In this document: piece after piece, positions 59,995-64,000 of the stretch | Layout of the letters: each line of letters starts with the position of its first letter | How positions within the stretch are numbered: position 1 is the stretch's first letter | DNA from: Amoebophrya sp. A120 | Lineage: Eukaryota; Protista; Dinoflagellata | Assembly: GCA_905178155.1 (NCBI GenBank) | Contig: CAJINV010000004.1 | Span: forward strand, 8,764,882-8,828,881 | DNA: 64,000 nucleotides | Reading direction: 5' to 3' | Program-made: the position numbers and the translations under genes | The notes under the pieces: generated by a model | The model's database searches: none | Seen by the model: only the letters and a program-made list of their open reading frames with translations | What the model was told of the DNA's origin: nothing

Positions 59995-62900
59995 AAGATT
60001 TTTGTTTAAAAATACCGTTTCCACTAGATGTAGATTTTGGTTTATCGTTTCTCTGTGAGGGCGGCGGCGTTACAATGCTCTCGTCTGACTGTATGATGAA
60101 TTGAGATAGCAAAAATGTCGAAAAGATTGAAGATAACACAAGAACTGCCGGATTTTCCGATAAACCTACTCTAGCTTGTAGAATGAACGAAAGGCAGCAG
60201 CAGTTGCCGTGAGAACTATTTTGAACTACTTTGAAGTACAATGTCTAAGCGCGCGTCCCCGATGAACCAAGAGCTGTTATTTGAAAAGTGAGAATTATGA
60301 CACCTCGATTTCAAAGAAACCTGATTTCGCCGCAACAATGGATACTACGACGACCAGCGACTTGGTTGTTTAAATTTGTCTTGCTTGCAACGATCGTGGA
60401 TGGACACTTCAAAGCACTGCCTCCGCCGTTGGTCGCATCTTGCTCACTTACACTTAGGGAAACAGGCCGCGCGGCGGCTGTCTCTTCGCTTTGTTCGACA
60501 GTGATTGTACATCATCAACTCCAGTAGCGCTTGTTTGTGTGGGTCGTTGATGGCAGTCTCGAGGACAAATGATTTTTCCGCAAGGCAGTTCCAGCACTGT
60601 TTCAAGAGGGGAGGACGAGAAGCTATCAATCTAGACACCTAACGAAAGGTAAAGAAGAGTGAAAATGACATTACAACAATCCTGAGAGAGGTCGTGTTTG
60701 AGCCGGCTAATGTGGCCGCAATATAGCCACACTTTTCTTCGAATTGAATAGCAAAAATTGTCTGTGAACAAGGGCCCCCGCGGCCTTGTTTTCTTTGGCC
60801 CAGGTGGAGGCCACAGGCATGAGATGGCGGAAACCCCAGGCCGAAGCGCAGCGCCGCCCGAGGACGCCGGCCACAGAGGTGCGCTCAGGCCCGAAACCGC
60901 TGCCCGCAGTAGGGCGGCGCGTTGCAGGAGTGGCCGCGCCGGTGTGGGCCGCCCTTGCCATGCCTCGCCCGCGGGGCGCAGCACTTCGGCCCGAACAATA
61001 TCGGCGCCCCGATGGTGATTCCGAGCAGGGGGGTGGCCTGGTCTACCAGCAGCTATAGGCGGCGGACCCTTTTCTGCCGGGCGCATTTCCTGGTGGAGAT
61101 CTGGGCTACACAGGTGGGGGCGATGAGGAGCAGGGAGCGAGCGCGCCTTTGCAGCGCCAGATGGTGGCCCCGCTCAGTGCACTTGGCCGCCTGTGGCGTC
61201 GGCATCGCGGGAGAACTATATGCCGCCCAAACGCTGCCCCGGCCCTCTCCCGCCACAAGCAGCGGCGCGCGGAACTGACAGAAAGCGGCGCGCCCGACTC
61301 GCTGGCCGCGCCGCGCGAAAGACAGGCGGGGCGCGTTTTTGGTCCGTGGCCCATTTCCCCGGCAGCCAGAGTGGCAGGGACTTGCCACGCCGCCCGCCTT
61401 GCCTCGCGGCCCCGGCGTGGTTTGCCGCGGTATTGCAGCAGCGGCGCGCCCTCTTCTCGCGCCTGGCCTTGGCTATAGTTGACGCTAGGAGAGGCCGAGA
61501 CACCGCTTGGCGCCGGCAGTTGCGTGCGCACTTCGTTCCGCGAGTGAGGTCGCAGAGGCGGCGCGCGAAAACGGCAGCGCGGCTCCGCTGGACGCGCCAC
61601 TGTTGCTGCTTCGTCGAAATGATGTTTGTGCAAAGTAAGTAAACAGGACCTTGCCCGCCCTAGCCTCGTTTGCGTTATTGGCGCCATGACGCGGGGCGAA
61701 CCGGAATCGTTGATGGCAGTGTTCGAGGAAAAGTGATACTTTCGCAACCTTGTTTCAGTGCCGTGTCTGTTGCTATGAAGATCTAGCGTTTCTGCTCTTG
61801 ATTTTCGTATGAAATAGAAGTGAAGTCCTCCGTAGCACCAGAAGTAAGAGTAAGAAGCCGGCCTGTATAGTGTAAGTTCGTCGCACTACAGAAACTCTGA
61901 ATATCGTATATCTCTTCGTCAAAAGGTTCCACGCAGTCTAGCTGAAAAAACAAAATCAAAACGGTTCTTCGGAAAGGAAGCACATTTCGTAATAGTTCGC
62001 GTTTCTTTCTCTGAACAATCGTGAATTCCGTCTCCCTGTCATCGGTTTTTCTTTTTCCAGGGGAACAGCCGTTTCTTTTACGAGTTGATTAGTCCGTCTG
62101 GAAATGAAAATAGTAGTTCGTTGGAATCGTAATCGTTGACGCATGTCACATCTTCTTTGTTGCGGCAATAGGATTCGTAAAGCGGATGTCCAAGATGCTA
62201 ATGCTTGCCCATCATTTTCATCGTATATCGTCATGGCCCCTGCGTGGCCTGTCGCAGGTCCGTCTTATGAATGTGACATTCTACTGTAGTTCGTGAACGG
62301 AATATAAGCCGAAAAGGAAATAAAGGTAGGAAAAGCGCATGCGCAAGATCATCTGGTGCCGTTCTATTTTGATTTTACCGCATCCTTTTCAATGCACCGC
62401 AGGATTCTTATGCTACTAGTGCCGCAGGTATTCTTATTGTTATTCCAGCGGCTTCTGCACATTTATTTTTATTTTTTTTGGGTGAGAAACGCAAAACTAA
62501 AACATCAACATGCAAGGCAGCGTTACCGCGGATTCGTATCGTTTTGGCGCAGTGCGGGACAGACCAGCGTGGCAGACGAACTACGGGGCGCAAATTCGAG
62601 TACTCCATAGGGCGTAGATGAAGGAAGAGCAACGCTCCCGAAGCGAAAGCAGTGGCGCAGCTACTCGGTCCGCGGTCTATTTGCCGGTGGAACTACTGCT
62701 ACGTACTTGGATACGAGCTCGTGCGGGACGTGCGGTCGCGATCACGGTAGTGGAACAAAGGCATAGTACTTATAATCCACGACTACAACGCGGATTCCGA
62801 TTAAAATCGACCTGCGGCGCGTCGAGCGAGATCGGGGTTGTTGGGGAATAAAGCACAATCTTAACGAGCAACTTGGATCTGCTACGCCGGAAACTTGCCA

Positions 62901-64000
62901 TTGGGCGAAGATCGGGTTACAGCCAGCCGTGAATAAAGGAGAGCAAGTAAACTGTGTTTCGGAATCGTCGTCCTGGTGGGTCAGTCAGAATAAACTCGAG
63001 TCGTTCTTTTCCGCTTACGTCCTCGGCCTGTTACGAAGTGGATCTCGGGCGTACGCAACGGAGGTTCAGAGCAGCGCTACGTATGACATGAGCTGGCGAA
63101 CGGTGTTTATAGGGTAAGAACAATGTAACTCTGAATGACAGCTAATGCATTCGTATTTCTAGCTACATCTTCTAGTACTGCATCTTTCAAGAGGTAGAGC
63201 AACAGGGTAATTTACTACCCTGTTGCTGAGAAGAATTCGTGTACGCGCAAAACTATTCCGAACTGCCGCCGGAGGCACGGCATACTTTTTCGTATAAGAC
63301 ACGCAATCTCCCATCCCGATATCACCCACCCTTCTTTCCCGCCCTGCAACAATCACTGCCCGTTTCATGGACGCAACCTCGGTTTCTCTGATACTCTTGC
63401 GACCGAGGACGAAACAAAAGGTTTGATAGTGGCAAATAGAGGAACATTTAGTTTACATAAGGCACTTGCAGCGTTAATTATGATTTCTATTTTAGGATTG
63501 GAGGAAAGGCCAGTCGCTAGAAGATCCAGAAAAACGTTTCTAATTCCAGCCGGGTTTGCGCTGCAACTGCGAAAGAGTGTCTGAAGTAGTTTCTTGCATG
63601 TCTGTACGCACCTGCCGTACGGGTTCCTTGGATTTGCCAGTATCAGCGTCCCGTGCTATCTATTAACCCTCTTACGAGGTTGCGTTCCTTTTGGTGCAGT
63701 GATTGTAAAGTAAGAGGTCAACGCGCACGCTTTGTAAGTATGCCGCAGAACCCTGTGGACGTCGCGTTCGACGACTTCTATTTGCGGCAGGAAGTGCATT
63801 CTGCGCACACTGAAGAGGGGGGTTGGGGTTAAGGTCGCGCCCCGCGAAGGGAATCCAAGGGTGGAGGGTCGCGCCGCGCCCACGGATGGTTTGGGGGGTT
63901 CGGGATTCGCGCTGCGCCCGCGGGGGAATTCATTTCTACAGGGGGCTGCCGGGGGGGATTCGCGCCGCGCGCCGGGGAGGGGAGACTCCAGTGGGGGAAT

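Overview
Eukaryotic, gene-dense window from an alveolate. It is most likely the parasitic dinoflagellate Amoebophrya (Syndiniales); this is inferred from intron architecture, not from a database hit. About ten intron-containing genes are all on the + strand: a coiled-coil/TSP1/vWA adhesin-like protein, an EML (HELP+WD40) protein, NPL4, Rab GDI, an AlkB-type 2OG-Fe(II) oxygenase, a CEP164-like WW protein, a PAN/apple-like surface protein and several hypotheticals. They are separated by minisatellites, a ~94-bp higher-order satellite block next to a 100-N gap, and a hairpin-core repeat array. The dominant signal is about 20 short (150-310 bp) non-autonomous elements with terminal inverted repeats (TIRs; TAT...ATA ends, 5-bp direct repeats) inserted inside conserved coding sequence. 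Removing element plus one direct-repeat copy restores the reading frame of NPL4, Rab GDI and EML, although no GT-AG boundary is available, so they behave as transposon-derived non-canonical introns (introners). This class has been reported for Amoebophrya. The window adds mechanistic clues: the same subfamily occurs in both orientations in essential genes, two elements bracket a 2-7 nt micro-exon, unrelated families share a TAT-N7-AAA end, and a TGTnATGC motif is shared with ordinary GT-AG introns. No transposase, rRNA, tRNA or true CRISPR was found. All alignments and splicing were done by eye.
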